Shown here piece after piece: positions 9,548 to 20,841 of a stretch of DNA of 64,000 nucleotides (position 1 is its first letter; every line of letters starts with the position of its first letter). The stretch is from an uncultured Chloroflexia bacterium (lineage in GTDB: Bacteria > Chloroflexota > Limnocylindria > Limnocylindrales > CSP1-4), in NCBI GenBank assembly GCA_963771795.1, contig CAVYUR010000001.1:129880-193879 (forward strand). Direction: 5' to 3'. The notes beneath the pieces are model-generated. The model ran no database searches. It was not told where the DNA came from and was given only the letters and a program-made list of their open reading frames with translations. Made by a program: the position numbers and the translations under genes.

Positions 9548-10072
9548 ATGCCAACCCCCAGATGGCTCGCCCGCTCGATCGCTCTCATGGCCGTTTGCGC
9601 CCTGGTCGGCTCGTGTGGCCCGGGCGTTTCCACGTCGTCGACGTCCCCGTCACCGGGCAGCAGCCAGAGCGTGGCAACCAGTTCGCCCCCACCTTCGGTC
9701 CCAGCGGAACCGCTACTGACCGTCGAGACGCAGGGCGGCGATTGCGCAGGCGGAGCGTGCGGCTCGACGATCGTGATCGAGGCCGACGGGCGAGTCCACA
9801 AGACGGCCCCCGCCGTCGCTGAGCTCGGCTTCGTGCCCGCCGCGACGCTCGAGGGGTTGCTCACCGAGATCACTCAGGCCGACTTCGCCGCTTTGAAGAG
9901 CCGTCCCTTCACGGATACCTGTCCGATCGCGTTCGATGGCCAGAAGATGATCTATACGTTCGCGACCCCGTCCGGCATCGAGCTGATCGACTCGTGCGAG
10001 GTCGTCGTCGACCCGTCCGATCCGCTGTTCGTGGCCGTCTCGGCGGCCCTCGCCGGTGTCACCGCCCCCTGA
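9548..10072 (+). CDS. Lipoprotein, unknown function
   Basis: ATG 9548. Signal peptide with lipobox 'ALVGSC', a Ser/Pro linker, then a small Cys-containing domain. The upstream part of the listed ORF (9386-) is Arg-rich and overlaps the MCCase beta start. Confidence 0.6.
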   Translation: MPTPRWLARSIALMAVCALVGSCGPGVSTSSTSPSPGSSQSVATSSPPPSVPAEPLLTVETQGGDCAGGACGSTIVIEADGRVHKTAPAVAELGFVPAATLEGLLTEITQADFAALKSRPFTDTCPIAFDGQKMIYTFATPSGIELIDSCEVVVDPSDPLFVAVSAALAGVTAP

Positions 10073-10078
10073 TCGAGC

Positions 10079-10459
10079 TCAGCCCTCTGGCCGACGGCGC
10101 CAGAGCATCGCGATCGAGCCGGCCACGCCCACCGCGAGCAGCCCGGTTGCGATGACGAGCCACCCGGTCAGGTCCGGCGCCACGCACTCCTGGTTCGGTG
10201 CGGCATCGAACGCGGCACATCCCGCGTTGGCCGCCACGACAAGCCCCAGCCAGGTCGATGCCATTCCGACGAACAGGCCGGGGGCCGCGGACCGTCGCTG
10301 CGGCGAGATCGCGACGGGAATGAGGAACGCGACGAGGATGAGGAAGGCCAGTGTTGGCCACACGCCAAAGAGAATGCCGGCGCACGCACCGACGATGAGA
10401 CCGGCGAGCCAGTTGCCGCGCTTCACGAGCTGCCCAACGGGATCGAGAGCGCCAACCAC
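10079..10459 (-). CDS. Small integral membrane protein (4 predicted helices)
   Basis: 126-aa ORF that is almost entirely hydrophobic helices. Convergent with the lipoprotein gene. Confidence 0.5.
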   Translation of the reverse strand: MVGALDPVGQLVKRGNWLAGLIVGACAGILFGVWPTLAFLILVAFLIPVAISPQRRSAAPGLFVGMASTWLGLVVAANAGCAAFDAAPNQECVAPDLTGWLVIATGLLAVGVAGSIAMLWRRRPEG

Positions 10460-10545
10460 GACTGCGCTACCAAGAAGGCGCCGACGCCGACGAGCTATCC
10501 GACAATGAGGCCTTGCGTTTCCATGCTACTCTCACATAGCAAGTT

Positions 10546-11325
10546 ATGACACAAGAACAAGCTACTGTCAACGCGCATGTTTTGCTTGGCCGTGGGGCGG
10601 GCGCCGATGGCGCCACGCCCGATCCGGCGTCACCGGCCGAATCGCTCCGCCTCCGCTTCGCCGAGGCATGGGGCGAGATGAGCGCGTCGTGGGGCGTCGC
10701 CCCGGCGATCGGGCGGGTCCACGCCTACCTCATGGTTCGGAACGTGCCGCTCACGGAACGTGAAGTCCGGGAGGCACTCGGCCTGTCGCACCGGGCGGCG
10801 AGTCTCGCCCTCGCGGACGCCGAAGCGTGGGGGATCGTCGAGCGCGTCGCGGAACCGCGTCGGGTCGGGCGGCGCGGGCCGGCAGGGACCGCCTATGTCG
10901 CGGTCGGCGACCACTGGCAGTGGTTCACGAGCGTCATCGCCGGGCGCAAGATCCGCGAGGGCGACCCGATCGTCAAGGTGATCGAGCAGACGACACGGTC
11001 GGCGGCCGAGCTTTCGGCGGCGGCGCCCACGGATCCGGAACTTGCGGCGCTCAGCGATTGGCTTTCGACGTTCGCCGAGTTCGTCCGCCTGTTCGATCGG
11101 GCCGTCGGATTGATCCCGAAACTCGAGCCGCGCGAGCTCGAGCGCGGAATGCGGCTGCTTGGCGAGATCTCGGACGAGACGATCCTGCGCCTGGTCCACC
11201 TCCTGGGCGGGCTTCCCGACGACGACGTCCTCGACCTGATCGAGGCGCTGAGTCGGCTCTCTCCCACCGCCGCCCGCCGGGCGACCAAGCTGATGTCAGG
11301 CGTCGTGCGGACCGTCGCGCGCTAG
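10546..11325 (+). CDS. Winged-helix transcriptional regulator (MarR/GbsR-like)
   Basis: 259 aa. 'GRVHAYLMVRNVPLTEREVREALGLSHRAASLALADAEAWGIVERV' looks like a GbsR/MarR-type wHTH. The upstream region is AT-richer with GCTACT repeats (10525-10560). Confidence 0.6.
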   Translation: MTQEQATVNAHVLLGRGAGADGATPDPASPAESLRLRFAEAWGEMSASWGVAPAIGRVHAYLMVRNVPLTEREVREALGLSHRAASLALADAEAWGIVERVAEPRRVGRRGPAGTAYVAVGDHWQWFTSVIAGRKIREGDPIVKVIEQTTRSAAELSAAAPTDPELAALSDWLSTFAEFVRLFDRAVGLIPKLEPRELERGMRLLGEISDETILRLVHLLGGLPDDDVLDLIEALSRLSPTAARRATKLMSGVVRTVAR

Positions 11326-11478
11326 GCGACCCGCGATTAGCACGCCGTTGCCCGGTTTTGCGAGGTCCCGTGCGATAATCCCCGCGCGAGAGGCGGCCCG
11401 ACCGGCTCGAACGGGCGACGACCCCGGGGCAAGCATGGCGGGCAGACCCACCGCGCCATTCCGGAGTCACAGGCCACC

Positions 11479-12366
11479 ATGACCCTCGAAACGTCCACCT
11501 GGGCGACCAAGAAGGGCCTTGCCCAGATGCTCAAGGGCGGCGTCATCATGGACGTCGTCACGCCCGATCAGGCGAAGACCGCAGAAGACGCCGGCGCCGT
11601 GGCCGTCATGGCCCTCGAGCGCGTGCCTGCGGACATCCGGGCCGCCGGCGGCGTCGCCCGGATGAGCGATCCCTCGATGATCGAAGGGATCATGAATGCG
11701 GTCACGATCCCCGTGATGGCCAAGGCCAGGATCGGGCATTTCGTCGAGGCCCAGGTCCTCGAGGCACTCGGCGTCGACTACATCGACGAGTCCGAGGTCC
11801 TGACCCCGGCCGACGAGGCCAACCACATCGACAAGCACGCGTTCAAGATCCCGTTCGTCTGCGGCTGCCGGAACCTCGGCGAAGCGCTGCGCCGCATCAA
11901 CGAGGGTGCAGCGATGATGCGGACCAAGGGCGAGGCGGGGACCGGCAACATCGTCGAGGCCGTTCGCCAGCTGCGCGACGTCCTCGCCGCGATCCGCCGG
12001 CTCCAGGGGATGCGCGAGGACGAGCTCTTCGTCGCGGCGAAGGAGCTCCAGGCTCCATACGAGCTCGTCAAGCAGGTGGCCGCCGACGGCAAGCTGCCGG
12101 TCGTCAACTTCGTTGCCGGCGGGATCTCGACCCCGTCCGACGCGGCGCTGGTCATGCAGCTCGGCGCGGAGGGCGTCTTCGTCGGATCGGGGATCTTCAA
12201 GAGCGAGGATCCGGCACGCATGGCCGGAGCGATCGTCCAGGCAACAACGCACTTCGACAACCCATCGATCATCGCCGAGGTCTCGAAGGGCCTCGGCGCG
12301 CCGATGCGGGGGATCTCGCTCGAAGCGATCCCCGACGAGGAGCGCCTGGCGGTCCGCGGCTGGTAG
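11479..12366 (+). CDS. pdxS: Pyridoxal 5'-phosphate synthase, lyase subunit PdxS
   Basis: 295 aa. Strongly conserved PdxS sequence: '[37 protein letters not shown]', '[10 protein letters not shown]'. Confidence 0.95.
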   Translation: MTLETSTWATKKGLAQMLKGGVIMDVVTPDQAKTAEDAGAVAVMALERVPADIRAAGGVARMSDPSMIEGIMNAVTIPVMAKARIGHFVEAQVLEALGVDYIDESEVLTPADEANHIDKHAFKIPFVCGCRNLGEALRRINEGAAMMRTKGEAGTGNIVEAVRQLRDVLAAIRRLQGMREDELFVAAKELQAPYELVKQVAADGKLPVVNFVAGGISTPSDAALVMQLGAEGVFVGSGIFKSEDPARMAGAIVQATTHFDNPSIIAEVSKGLGAPMRGISLEAIPDEERLAVRGW

Positions 12367-12462
12367 ACCTCAGGCCACTGGCGTCGCAGAGGTCCGCCAT
12401 GGACTTCGGTGAGCGAGCGACAGGTCGGCGCTGAGGTTGCCAATTCCTATGAGGCCTCGTCT

Positions 12463-13098
12463 TTGAGGATCGGCGTCTTGGCCCTGCAAGGGGCCTTTCG
12501 GGAGCATCTGCAGACACTCGGCGCGATCGGCGTCGAGGGCGTTCCCGTGCGCCTGCCGGCCGATCTCGACGAGGTCGCCGGCCTGATCCTCCCTGGCGGC
12601 GAGAGCACGACGATGCGGAAGCTGATCGACCGCTGGGGACTGCGGCAGCCGATCCTCGACCTGGCCGCGAGCGGCGCTCCCCTGTTCGGCACCTGTGCGG
12701 GAATGATCGTGCTGGCCCGCGAGATCGCCGGCGGCGAGGAACCGATCCTGCCGCTCCTCGACGTCACCGTCCAGCGCAACGCGTTCGGCCGCCAGCTCGA
12801 CTCGTTCGAGGCCGATCTCGCCGTCCCGATCCTGGGCGACCAGCCGGTCCACGGCGTGTTCATCCGGGCGCCGATCATCGATCGGACCGGGCCCGACGTC
12901 GACGTGATCGCTCGCCTCGACGATGGGCGGATCGTGGGCGTCCGAGAGCGCAACATCATCGCGACCGCGTTCCACCCGGAGCTTGCCGGCGAAACCCGCT
13001 TCCACCGTCTGGTCGCGACGATGGCGGCCGAGCACGATGATCCCGCCGAGGGGTCCGGCCGCAGGCGCCACCCGACGCGCCGATCGAGGACGGCATGA
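12463..13098 (+). CDS. pdxT: Pyridoxal 5'-phosphate synthase, glutaminase subunit PdxT
   Basis: 'RIGVLALQGAFREH', catalytic 'GTCAGMI' and 'AFHPE'. Directly follows pdxS. The likely start is TTG 12463 (GAGG 8 nt upstream); the ORF track starts at GTG 12409. Confidence 0.85.
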   Translation: MRIGVLALQGAFREHLQTLGAIGVEGVPVRLPADLDEVAGLILPGGESTTMRKLIDRWGLRQPILDLAASGAPLFGTCAGMIVLAREIAGGEEPILPLLDVTVQRNAFGRQLDSFEADLAVPILGDQPVHGVFIRAPIIDRTGPDVDVIARLDDGRIVGVRERNIIATAFHPELAGETRFHRLVATMAAEHDDPAEGSGRRRHPTRRSRTA

Positions 13099-14162
13099 GC
13101 GAGATCCGCACGGTCAAGCCCGGCGGCAAGGTCAGGGCCGCCCGTCTGACAGATCTCGCCGCGCTCGGTGAGCTCTCGCGGCTCTGCCAGGACGCCGAAT
13201 CGTCGACTCGTTCGCTCGGCCTGCCGGTGAGCGGGCCGCCGATCGGCGTGTTCAGCCTGTTCCGGCTGCCGCTCGGGGCATTCCGGCCCCACGACCTGAT
13301 GTTCGTCTACGAGGCCGAGGGTCGGCTCGCCGGCCTGATCCGCGTCGAGCGCGAGTCGTTCCGCGACGAGTGGACGATCGTGGAGCTCGACGGGATCGGC
13401 TCGTCGACGGCCGGCGACATCCGCTTCCGGCTGGTCCAGCAGCTCGTCCGCGAAGCCTCGAAGCGCGGTGTCGTTCGACTCCACGTCGCCTGCGCCGACA
13501 GGGACGGCAACGTCGAGCTCTTCATGCAGGCTGGCTTCGCCCGCTACGGTGAGGAGATCGTCCTGTATCGCCCGCCCGAGCGTGCGCTGCCTGCCGTCTG
13601 GAACGACGACCGCGCGCGCTCGTCGCGGATCCGGCCCGCCCAGCCCATCGATGCCGTCGCGCTCATGCGGCTGTACGCGTCGGCGACGCCGCAGCCGGTC
13701 CAGCGGCTCGAGGCGATCCGGCTCAACGACTGGGAGCGCCAGGGCGGCAACTGGCGCGTCCCGCGCTCGAGCCTCGCCCCGATCCTCCGCTTCGCCGACG
13801 TCGAGGGATTCGTCCAGGAGGCGCCTGGCGGCGGGCGGGATGGCACCGATATCGACGCCTTCGTCCAGATCGGCGTTGCCAAGGAGGATCAGCCGCACTA
13901 TCTGAAGGTCGTGGCGAAGCCCGGCGCCGACGTCTCGGACCTCGCCGGCTTCGCGCTCGGCAACATCGCCGAGCGAACCGGCAATGGGGCAGGACAGCGC
14001 CTCGAGCAGGGCGTCCTAGCTCCGGTCCGGACCTACGAATCACCAATCGAGAGCAGACTTGAGGAGGCGGGGTTCGATACGATCGCCACAGTCACGCTGC
14101 TCATGAAGGAAACCCTCGTCCGCGTCGCCGAACCGGCCCTCGTGCCGGCCGGCGTCCGCTAA
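13095..14162 (+). CDS. GNAT-family N-acetyltransferase-like protein
   Basis: 355 aa with an ATGA overlap onto the pdxT stop. N-terminal acetyltransferase-like block: '[12 protein letters not shown]...[22 protein letters not shown]'. Confidence 0.55.
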   Translation: MSEIRTVKPGGKVRAARLTDLAALGELSRLCQDAESSTRSLGLPVSGPPIGVFSLFRLPLGAFRPHDLMFVYEAEGRLAGLIRVERESFRDEWTIVELDGIGSSTAGDIRFRLVQQLVREASKRGVVRLHVACADRDGNVELFMQAGFARYGEEIVLYRPPERALPAVWNDDRARSSRIRPAQPIDAVALMRLYASATPQPVQRLEAIRLNDWERQGGNWRVPRSSLAPILRFADVEGFVQEAPGGGRDGTDIDAFVQIGVAKEDQPHYLKVVAKPGADVSDLAGFALGNIAERTGNGAGQRLEQGVLAPVRTYESPIESRLEEAGFDTIATVTLLMKETLVRVAEPALVPAGVR

Positions 14163-14172
14163 GGAGGCCATC

Positions 14173-16260
14173 GTGGGACCTGCGGATAACCGCCGGGAAT
14201 CGATCGACGACCTCGGCGCGCTCTTCGCCTCGCTGCCGCCTGAGATCGTCGAGGCCGTCCACGCACTGCCCGACAAGGAGTCGTTGATCGAGGTCGTCCT
14301 CGACCTCGGACGCCGCCCGGAGGCCCGCTTCCCGGACAGCGAGGTCATGCTTCTCGAGCGCGAGATCACCGAGGCCGACATCGCCCACGTCGTAGACCAT
14401 ATCGGCACGTTCGGCGACGACAACCGCGCGGGAATCGAGCGGACGCTCCATCGGATCAGTGCGATCCGCAATCGGACCGGGAAGATCGTCGGGCTGACCT
14501 GCCGCATCGGGCGGGCGGTTTACGGGACGATCGAGATCATCGAGGACTTCGTCGAGTCCGGGAAGTCGATCCTCATCATGGGCCGGCCCGGGATCGGCAA
14601 GACGACGATGCTCCGCGAGGCCGCCCGTGTTCTCGCCGACGACATGGGCAAGCGCGTGGTAGTGGTCGACACCTCGAACGAGATCGCCGGCGACGGCGAC
14701 ATCCCTCATCCAGCAATCGGCAAAGCGCGCCGAATGCAGGTCCGGACGCCCTCGATGCAGCACCAGGTGATGATCGAGGCGGTCGAGAACCATATGCCCC
14801 AGGTGATCGTCATCGACGAGATCGGGACGGAACTGGAGGCGCAGGCCGCCCGGACGATCGCGGAGCGCGGCGTCCAGCTCATCGGGACGGCCCACGGCAA
14901 CAACCTCGACAACCTGATGCTCAACCCGACGCTGTCGGACCTCATCGGCGGCATCCAGAGCGTGACCCTCGGCGACGAGGAGGCGCGACGCCGGCGGACC
15001 CAGAAGAGCGTCCTCGAGCGTAAGGCGCCGCCGACGTTCGACGTGATCATCGAGATCATCGATCGGGAGCGGGTGACGGTCCACGCGGACGTCGCCGAGA
15101 CGGTCGACTCGATGCTCCGCGGCGATCAGGTCGCGCCGGAGCTCCGCTGGCGGGACGAGGAGGGTGTCCATCGGAGCCAGGCCCGACCGCGGCCCTCGCC
15201 ACGGGAGCAGATCGGCGCCGAGCGGTTCGCCGGGCTCGTCGGTTCCGGCCAGCCGTGGCGGATGGAGCCGGGTTGGCGCGGCGACAGCAATTACCGGACC
15301 GGCGGCTACCGCGAGGCCGAACGAGGCGGTGCGCTCCGCTCCGGCTACCGGCCCGGGGCAAGCGGTGGCTGGCGCCAGACCCGCGGCGGGTCGGGACGAG
15401 AGAGCGCGCCGCGCGGGCCCATCGCGGAGGGCGACGCATCGGGCACGATGCCCGGTGAGCGATTCGCGACGCCGCCGCCGGTCGGTCGGGACGGCGGCCG
15501 GCTCGAGGATCAGCCGTTCATCTCAGGCGAGATCGCCGATCGCGGCCCGCTCGAACGCGGCGCCCAGGCTGCGCTCGACACCCGGGCTCGCGAAGCCCGC
15601 GAGCTCGAGCGCCAGAAGGCGTGGCGGGACCAGGCGGCGAAGGCGCTCACGGCCCTCAAGGCCGACGAGGGCACGGGGCCGGTCAACGCCGACGAACTCG
15701 ACGATGACGACGATCTCGACGGCGCGCCGCTCGGTATCGAGGAGGGCGCGTTCGGCGAGGCGATCCTGACGCCCGGCGGTTCGCCGCTGCCGACGCTTCG
15801 GATCCTGCCGCAGGGGATCAGCCGGAAACGCCTCGAGCAGGCGATCCGCGACCTCCAGCTGCCCGTCCAGATCGCCCGCGAGGTCGACGACGCGGACGTC
15901 GTTATGACGCTCAAGAACGAGTACAAGCAGAAGACGCCGTTGCTCCGCGAGGCGGAGGAGCGGGCGCTGCCGATCTACGTCCTCAAGGCAAACACGATCC
16001 CCCAGATGCAGTCGAGCCTGACCTCCATCTTCTCGCTCGAGATCGACCCGCGCGAGGCCGCGATGCGCGAGACCGAGGAGGCGATCGGGATGGTCCTCAA
16101 CAACGCGGAGCCGGTCGAGCTGTCGCCCCAGAACGCCTACATCCGGCGGCTCCAGCACCAGATGGCAGAGCGGGCGAACCTGGTGTCGCGGTCCCGCGGT
16201 CGCGAGCCGTATCGCCGGGTCAGGCTCTACCCGGACGCCGCCCGGAGCGGCTGGCGGTGA
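14173..16260 (+). CDS. SpoIIIAA/Ycf45-like AAA ATPase with C-terminal R3H-like domain
   Basis: SD AAGGAGG 6 nt upstream of the GTG. Walker A 'GRPGIGKTT', Walker B 'VIVIDEIG', and 'GTAHG'. A ~150-aa Arg/Gly-rich insert. C-terminus '[18 protein letters not shown]...[11 protein letters not shown]'. Confidence 0.8.
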   Translation: MGPADNRRESIDDLGALFASLPPEIVEAVHALPDKESLIEVVLDLGRRPEARFPDSEVMLLEREITEADIAHVVDHIGTFGDDNRAGIERTLHRISAIRNRTGKIVGLTCRIGRAVYGTIEIIEDFVESGKSILIMGRPGIGKTTMLREAARVLADDMGKRVVVVDTSNEIAGDGDIPHPAIGKARRMQVRTPSMQHQVMIEAVENHMPQVIVIDEIGTELEAQAARTIAERGVQLIGTAHGNNLDNLMLNPTLSDLIGGIQSVTLGDEEARRRRTQKSVLERKAPPTFDVIIEIIDRERVTVHADVAETVDSMLRGDQVAPELRWRDEEGVHRSQARPRPSPREQIGAERFAGLVGSGQPWRMEPGWRGDSNYRTGGYREAERGGALRSGYRPGASGGWRQTRGGSGRESAPRGPIAEGDASGTMPGERFATPPPVGRDGGRLEDQPFISGEIADRGPLERGAQAALDTRAREARELERQKAWRDQAAKALTALKADEGTGPVNADELDDDDDLDGAPLGIEEGAFGEAILTPGGSPLPTLRILPQGISRKRLEQAIRDLQLPVQIAREVDDADVVMTLKNEYKQKTPLLREAEERALPIYVLKANTIPQMQSSLTSIFSLEIDPREAAMRETEEAIGMVLNNAEPVELSPQNAYIRRLQHQMAERANLVSRSRGREPYRRVRLYPDAARSGWR

Positions 16261-16709
16261 AGTCGGCCGCGGTGCTGCCCGCGCCCGAGGCGGCGGTTGG
16301 GGCGTCCCGGGCCGGGCGGCTCGTCGTGATGTTCGATCGCGACTGCGGGCTGTGCCTGGCGACGGCCCGGCGCCTACGTCGCTGGGACCGCCACGGCCGG
16401 CTCGAGATGCTGTCGCTCCAGGACGCCGCCCGTTCCGATCGGCCCGTGGTCGCTGACGCGGCACGGCGGCATCCGGTGCTCGACGAACTCCACGTCCTCG
16501 ACGAGACAAGCGGACGAATCGATGCCGGCGGCGCCGCTGCGCTGGCCATCGCGGCCGCGTTGCCCGGCGGCTGGCTGATCCGGCCGTTCCGCGGGTTCCT
16601 GCCGATCCGCTGGATCGTCGGTGCGGCGTATGGGCTCGTGGCGCGCAACCGTCACCGGATCGGACGCGGGCTCGGCCTCGAAGGACCCGACTGCGACATC
16701 CCTCAGTGA
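16257..16709 (+). CDS. DCC-family thiol-disulfide oxidoreductase (DUF393)
   Basis: 150 aa with 'FDRDCGLC' (CxxC). GTGA overlap with the upstream stop. Confidence 0.7.
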   Translation: MKSAAVLPAPEAAVGASRAGRLVVMFDRDCGLCLATARRLRRWDRHGRLEMLSLQDAARSDRPVVADAARRHPVLDELHVLDETSGRIDAGGAAALAIAAALPGGWLIRPFRGFLPIRWIVGAAYGLVARNRHRIGRGLGLEGPDCDIPQ

Positions 16710-17458
16710 CCGACGGGGCAGGCGCAGCGGGCGAGTGGCGGCGCGGCCTGTACAGGCTCGCGAACGCGCTCCTCATCTACGGCGTCATCGGGCTCGTCGC
16801 TGCGGCGATCGGCTTCGCGGCGTTGATGGCGGCGAGTGCCCGGATCAGTTCGCTGGGCGACAGGATCGTGTCCGAGGCCGTGACCCTCGACGCGATCATC
16901 GAACAGACCGCCAATGTCATCGACGACGCCGCGTCGACGGCCGCCAGCTTCGGACCGACGTTGGCCCAGACGTCGGTCACCGTCACCGAGGCCGCCGGCG
17001 CGATCCGCGAGATCGAGCCGCGGCTCCGCGATCTCGAGACCCAGGCGAACGCGATCGAGATCTTCGGTCAGCGGCCGGTTGCGCCACTCGGCCAGCTGTT
17101 CGGCCAGATCGCGACCGACGTCTCGGGCCTCGACGAGCAACTCGACGGGATCGCGACGGTCATGGGCCAGAACGAGGCGGCGCTGACCGCGAACGCAAGG
17201 TCGCTCGGGGCCCTGGCGGACCTGGTCCGCGCCTACACCGGCCGGTTGAAGCCCGAGGTCATCGACGCCGGGATCGACGACACGCGGCGACTCCTGCTCA
17301 TGACGCTGGCGCTGTTCATCGGCTGGACGGCGGTCCCCGCCGCCGGCTCGCTCGTGGTCGGTCGCTGGATGCGGCGGCTGGTGGAGCCCGCGAGGGCGGT
17401 CGCCGCCGAGCCTTCGCCGCCGGATCCGACGATCGATTCCGGCGGCTCCGGGCCCTAG
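16706..17458 (+). CDS. Membrane protein with two TM helices flanking a helical extracytoplasmic region
   Basis: 250 aa. TM helices at 'LLIYGVIGLVAAAIGFAALMAA' and 'LLLMTLALFIGWTAVPAAGSLVV'. GTGA overlap with the upstream gene. Confidence 0.5.
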   Translation: MTDGAGAAGEWRRGLYRLANALLIYGVIGLVAAAIGFAALMAASARISSLGDRIVSEAVTLDAIIEQTANVIDDAASTAASFGPTLAQTSVTVTEAAGAIREIEPRLRDLETQANAIEIFGQRPVAPLGQLFGQIATDVSGLDEQLDGIATVMGQNEAALTANARSLGALADLVRAYTGRLKPEVIDAGIDDTRRLLLMTLALFIGWTAVPAAGSLVVGRWMRRLVEPARAVAAEPSPPDPTIDSGGSGP

Positions 17459-17916
17459 CCGGTCAGCGATCCCCTGTCGAACCAGATTCGCTCCCCTGCG
17501 AACCGCTCCGTGGCGGGATTCCACGGGAATAGAATCAGGACCTGGAGCGCGAGGGGCAGGCCAGTGGCAGCTGCCCCGGCCCACGGTCCGAGGTTGGTTC
17601 CGGTCAGCGTCGCCACTTCGAACACGCCCTGCGGGCCGATGACGATGTCGCTCAGCGCGAACGCGTTGTCGGGGAAGGCGGCGAACAGCTCCGCGTAGAA
17701 CGCCCGTGCTCCTGCGTGGCCCTCCCAGCGCTGGCCGGTCGGGACGATCTCGTAGACACAATCCGGAGAAAGCGTCGCGACGAGTCCATCGATGTCGCGC
17801 CGATCCTCAGCGATCGAGTGGCGGACCCATAGCCGCTTGATCCGTCGCTGCTCGGTTGGGTCGAACGGTCGAGCCAGCCTGGCCCTGATCGACGAACTCG
17901 TGATCCGCTCAGTCAT
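17455..17916 (-). CDS. SnoaL/NTF2-like fold protein
   Basis: 153 aa. 'DIDGLVATLSPDCVYEIVPTGQRWEGHAGARAFY' is typical of SnoaL-like polyketide-cyclase-fold proteins. Starts 9 nt after the PmbA stop. Confidence 0.6.
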   Translation of the reverse strand: MTERITSSSIRARLARPFDPTEQRRIKRLWVRHSIAEDRRDIDGLVATLSPDCVYEIVPTGQRWEGHAGARAFYAELFAAFPDNAFALSDIVIGPQGVFEVATLTGTNLGPWAGAAATGLPLALQVLILFPWNPATERFAGERIWFDRGSLTG

Positions 17917-17925
17917 CGGGCCCGG

Positions 17926-19284
17926 TCAGTGTTCCGTTGCGCCGGTGAAGGCCCAACTGTCGATTCGTACCGCAGGCACCACAACCCCGCCGAAGTCCCC
18001 CCGGAGCGTCCGTCGGTCGCTGCTCACGGCGCTCGTCGCGGCCAGCGCCTCGAGGTAGCTCTGGGTGAACCGGAGGTTCCGGACGGGCCCGACGATCCGC
18101 CCGTTCTCGACGAGGAACGTCCCGTCGCGTGTCATACCGGTGACGATCGCGAGCTTCGGGTGGACCGGGTTCGTGTAGTGGAAGCGAGTCACGAGGAGGC
18201 CCCGCTCCAACCCGGCGATCAGGTCCTCGCGAGGCGTCGTGCCGGCGCTCATCGCCATGTTCAAGGGGAACGGCCCGTACGGGTTCGGGGCGGGCAGCCC
18301 GTGGCCGGTCGAGGTCCGTCCGGCTCGGGCGGCCGTCTGGGCGTCGTAGACGACATCGCGACAGATGCCGCGCTCGATGAGCGACACCCGTTGCTTGGCG
18401 ACGCCCTCGTAATCGAAGGCCATCGGCAGCGTCGCCGGATCCATCCCGTCATCGACGATCGTGACGAGGTCGCTGCCGACCTTCTTGCCCGGTTCGGCGA
18501 ACGAGCGCTCCTCCTGGACGGCAAGTGCGCTGAACCCCATGTAGCCAAGCATCGCCAGCAGGTCGACGACCGCGTACTCCTCGAGCACGACCGCCCAGTC
18601 GCCGGGCTCCACCGATACGGGGTTGGCGGAGACGCGCGCCTTGTCGGCGGCTTCCCGGCCGATCGCCGCGGCGTCGATGTCCGATACGTCGACGGCCGCC
18701 GATTCCGCATAGCCGGACCCACCGTCCGGCGCCATCGCGACCGTCAGCAGTTGCGATGTCGTCCGTTGCTGGGAGGCGCGGATGCCCTTCGAGTTCGCGA
18801 CGGCGATCACCTCCGCGTCCGTCGCGAACGAGCCGTACGAGATGACGCCCGCGGCGTCGGCGGCGGCGATCACGGCACGGACCCCCTCGGCCCGAAGCTC
18901 CGGCGTCGCCTCAGCGGTCGGGTCGGCGAAGGCGGCCTGGATCTCCTTGACCGGCGTCGGCTCCGGCAACCCGTCCCAGTCCTCGAGCTCCTCGGAGTTG
19001 CGGGCGATCGCTCCGGCAGTCTCCGCGAGGCGGCGCAACCCCTCGTCGTCGATGCGGTTGCTCGACGCCACCCCGACCCGCCGCCCGACGACGAACCGCA
19101 GATTGACCTGGGCGTTCGTCTCGGCGACGTTCTGGTGGATCTCGCTGTTGGCGAACCGGGTGAGGCGGGCGTCGTCGGCCGTGACCAGTGCCTCCGCCTC
19201 CGTCGCGCCGGCCGCGTCCGCGAAGCCCAGCGCCCGCTCGGCGAGGGCGAGGATGCTGGCCGGATCGCGACCATCGGTCACCAC
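17926..19284 (-). CDS. pmbA: PmbA/TldE-family metalloprotease component
   Basis: The real protein starts at GTG 19284/19281 ('VVTDGRDPASILALAERALGFA'), overlapping the tldD stop (GTGGTGA). The upstream 175 codons of the listed ORF are antisense-type Arg-rich sequence. Confidence 0.85.
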   Translation of the reverse strand: MVTDGRDPASILALAERALGFADAAGATEAEALVTADDARLTRFANSEIHQNVAETNAQVNLRFVVGRRVGVASSNRIDDEGLRRLAETAGAIARNSEELEDWDGLPEPTPVKEIQAAFADPTAEATPELRAEGVRAVIAAADAAGVISYGSFATDAEVIAVANSKGIRASQQRTTSQLLTVAMAPDGGSGYAESAAVDVSDIDAAAIGREAADKARVSANPVSVEPGDWAVVLEEYAVVDLLAMLGYMGFSALAVQEERSFAEPGKKVGSDLVTIVDDGMDPATLPMAFDYEGVAKQRVSLIERGICRDVVYDAQTAARAGRTSTGHGLPAPNPYGPFPLNMAMSAGTTPREDLIAGLERGLLVTRFHYTNPVHPKLAIVTGMTRDGTFLVENGRIVGPVRNLRFTQSYLEALAATSAVSSDRRTLRGDFGGVVVPAVRIDSWAFTGATEH

Positions 19285-20729
19285 TTGCCGACGCCCATCT
19301 GGACGTCCCGGAAACGCGCCCCCGAGGTGCCATGGCCGACGCTGGCGCCCTGGCCCGGCTCGCCCTTGCCGCAGTTCGGCGTCCCGAGCATCACGTAGCT
19401 CCGGTCGTCGCCGACAGCGTCGCACGACCGCCAGAACTCGTACGTGATCCCGGTGTAGGTCGGGTTCTTGAAGAGCCGTCCCTTCTTGCCGTTCTTGATC
19501 TCGTACGCGATCTCGGTCGCGAATTGGAAGTTCAGGCGGCGGTCGTCGATCGACCAGGAGCGGTTCGAGGCCAGGTAGAACCCGTCGTCCGTGTCGGCAA
19601 CGATGTCGTCGAGACTCATGCCGGGCTTCGGCAGCAGGTTGAGGTTCGTCATCCGGATCAGGGGGATGCGATTCCAGCCGTCGGCTCGCATTGCGCCACC
19701 GGACTGCCGGCCGATCCGCGGCGCGGTCTCGCGGCTGGTCAGGTAGCCGACGAAGATCCCTTCGCGGACGATCGGGATGGACGCCGCCGCGACCCCCTCG
19801 TCGTCCCACCCGAACGTCCCGAGTCCGCCGGATGCCGTCGCGTCGGCGACGATGTCGACAAGGTCGCTGCCGTAGCGGAAGCCGTCCTCGAGCTTGTCGG
19901 TCGTCAGGAAGCTCGTACCCGCATAGCTCGCCTCCGTGCCGAAGACGCGGTCGAGCTCACTGGGATGGCCGCAGCTCTCGTGGACCTGCATGTACAGCTG
20001 CGAGGGGTCGAGGACGATCGTGAAGCGCCCCGCCGGGCATTGGGGAGCGGTGAGCAACGCCACGGCCTCGGCCGCGAGCGGCTCCGCGTGGCCTTCGAGG
20101 TCGAGGCCCCGAACGTACTCGAAGCCAGCGGCCTTGAACGGCCCGCCGTCCCCATCCGGGTAGCTCCGGCGCTGGTGCTCGTCGCCGTCGATCGCGTTCG
20201 CCTCGACACCCGCCCCGACGTGGGTCAGCGTCTGCTCCGTGTAGCTGCCGTCCGTCGCCGCGAACGTCTTCCACTCGCGACGGGCGTCGTAGCGGGTCTC
20301 GGTGAAGGTCACCCCCTTCGTCCGGGATGCCGCCTCGTCGGCCGCCAGGAGGATCCGGATCTTCTCCTCGAGCGGGACCGTGAACGGGTCCTCCTCGATC
20401 GGCGTCTCGTAGGTCCCTCGGGCGGGCGGCCGGTCGTCCAGCCGGACACGGTCGCGGAGCGCGGTCGCCGACGCGCGAGCAATCCGCACGGCCTCGCCCG
20501 CGACTCGATCTGCCTCCGCTCCGCTCAGCCGGCTCGAGCTCGCGAAGCCCCAGGCGCCGTCGACGAGGACACGCAGCCCGAACCCCTCGCTCTCGCCGGA
20601 TGCGACGCCTTCGACCCGGCCGGACTTGATCGCGATGTCCTCTTCGAGCCGACGAACGATGCGAACGTCGGCGTAGCCGGCGCCGAGCTGGGCGGCGGTA
20701 TCGAGAGCTCGGTCAGCCAGGTCGCGCAT
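19278..20729 (-). CDS. tldD: TldD-family metalloprotease
   Basis: ATG 20729 ('MRDLADRALDTAAQLGAGYADVRI'), with the 'VHESCGHPSE' metal-binding motif. Paired with pmbA. Confidence 0.9.
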   Translation of the reverse strand: MRDLADRALDTAAQLGAGYADVRIVRRLEEDIAIKSGRVEGVASGESEGFGLRVLVDGAWGFASSSRLSGAEADRVAGEAVRIARASATALRDRVRLDDRPPARGTYETPIEEDPFTVPLEEKIRILLAADEAASRTKGVTFTETRYDARREWKTFAATDGSYTEQTLTHVGAGVEANAIDGDEHQRRSYPDGDGGPFKAAGFEYVRGLDLEGHAEPLAAEAVALLTAPQCPAGRFTIVLDPSQLYMQVHESCGHPSELDRVFGTEASYAGTSFLTTDKLEDGFRYGSDLVDIVADATASGGLGTFGWDDEGVAAASIPIVREGIFVGYLTSRETAPRIGRQSGGAMRADGWNRIPLIRMTNLNLLPKPGMSLDDIVADTDDGFYLASNRSWSIDDRRLNFQFATEIAYEIKNGKKGRLFKNPTYTGITYEFWRSCDAVGDDRSYVMLGTPNCGKGEPGQGASVGHGTSGARFRDVQMGVGKW

Positions 20730-20841
20730 GGGGAGCGGGATCGTAGCAGAGCCCCCGCGCCGCGCCGCTAGGTGAGATTCCCTATCGATCGCGGGAGCCT
20801 CGCGGCACCTGCGGGCGGGCTTCGCCGCGTCCTGCCGCCGA

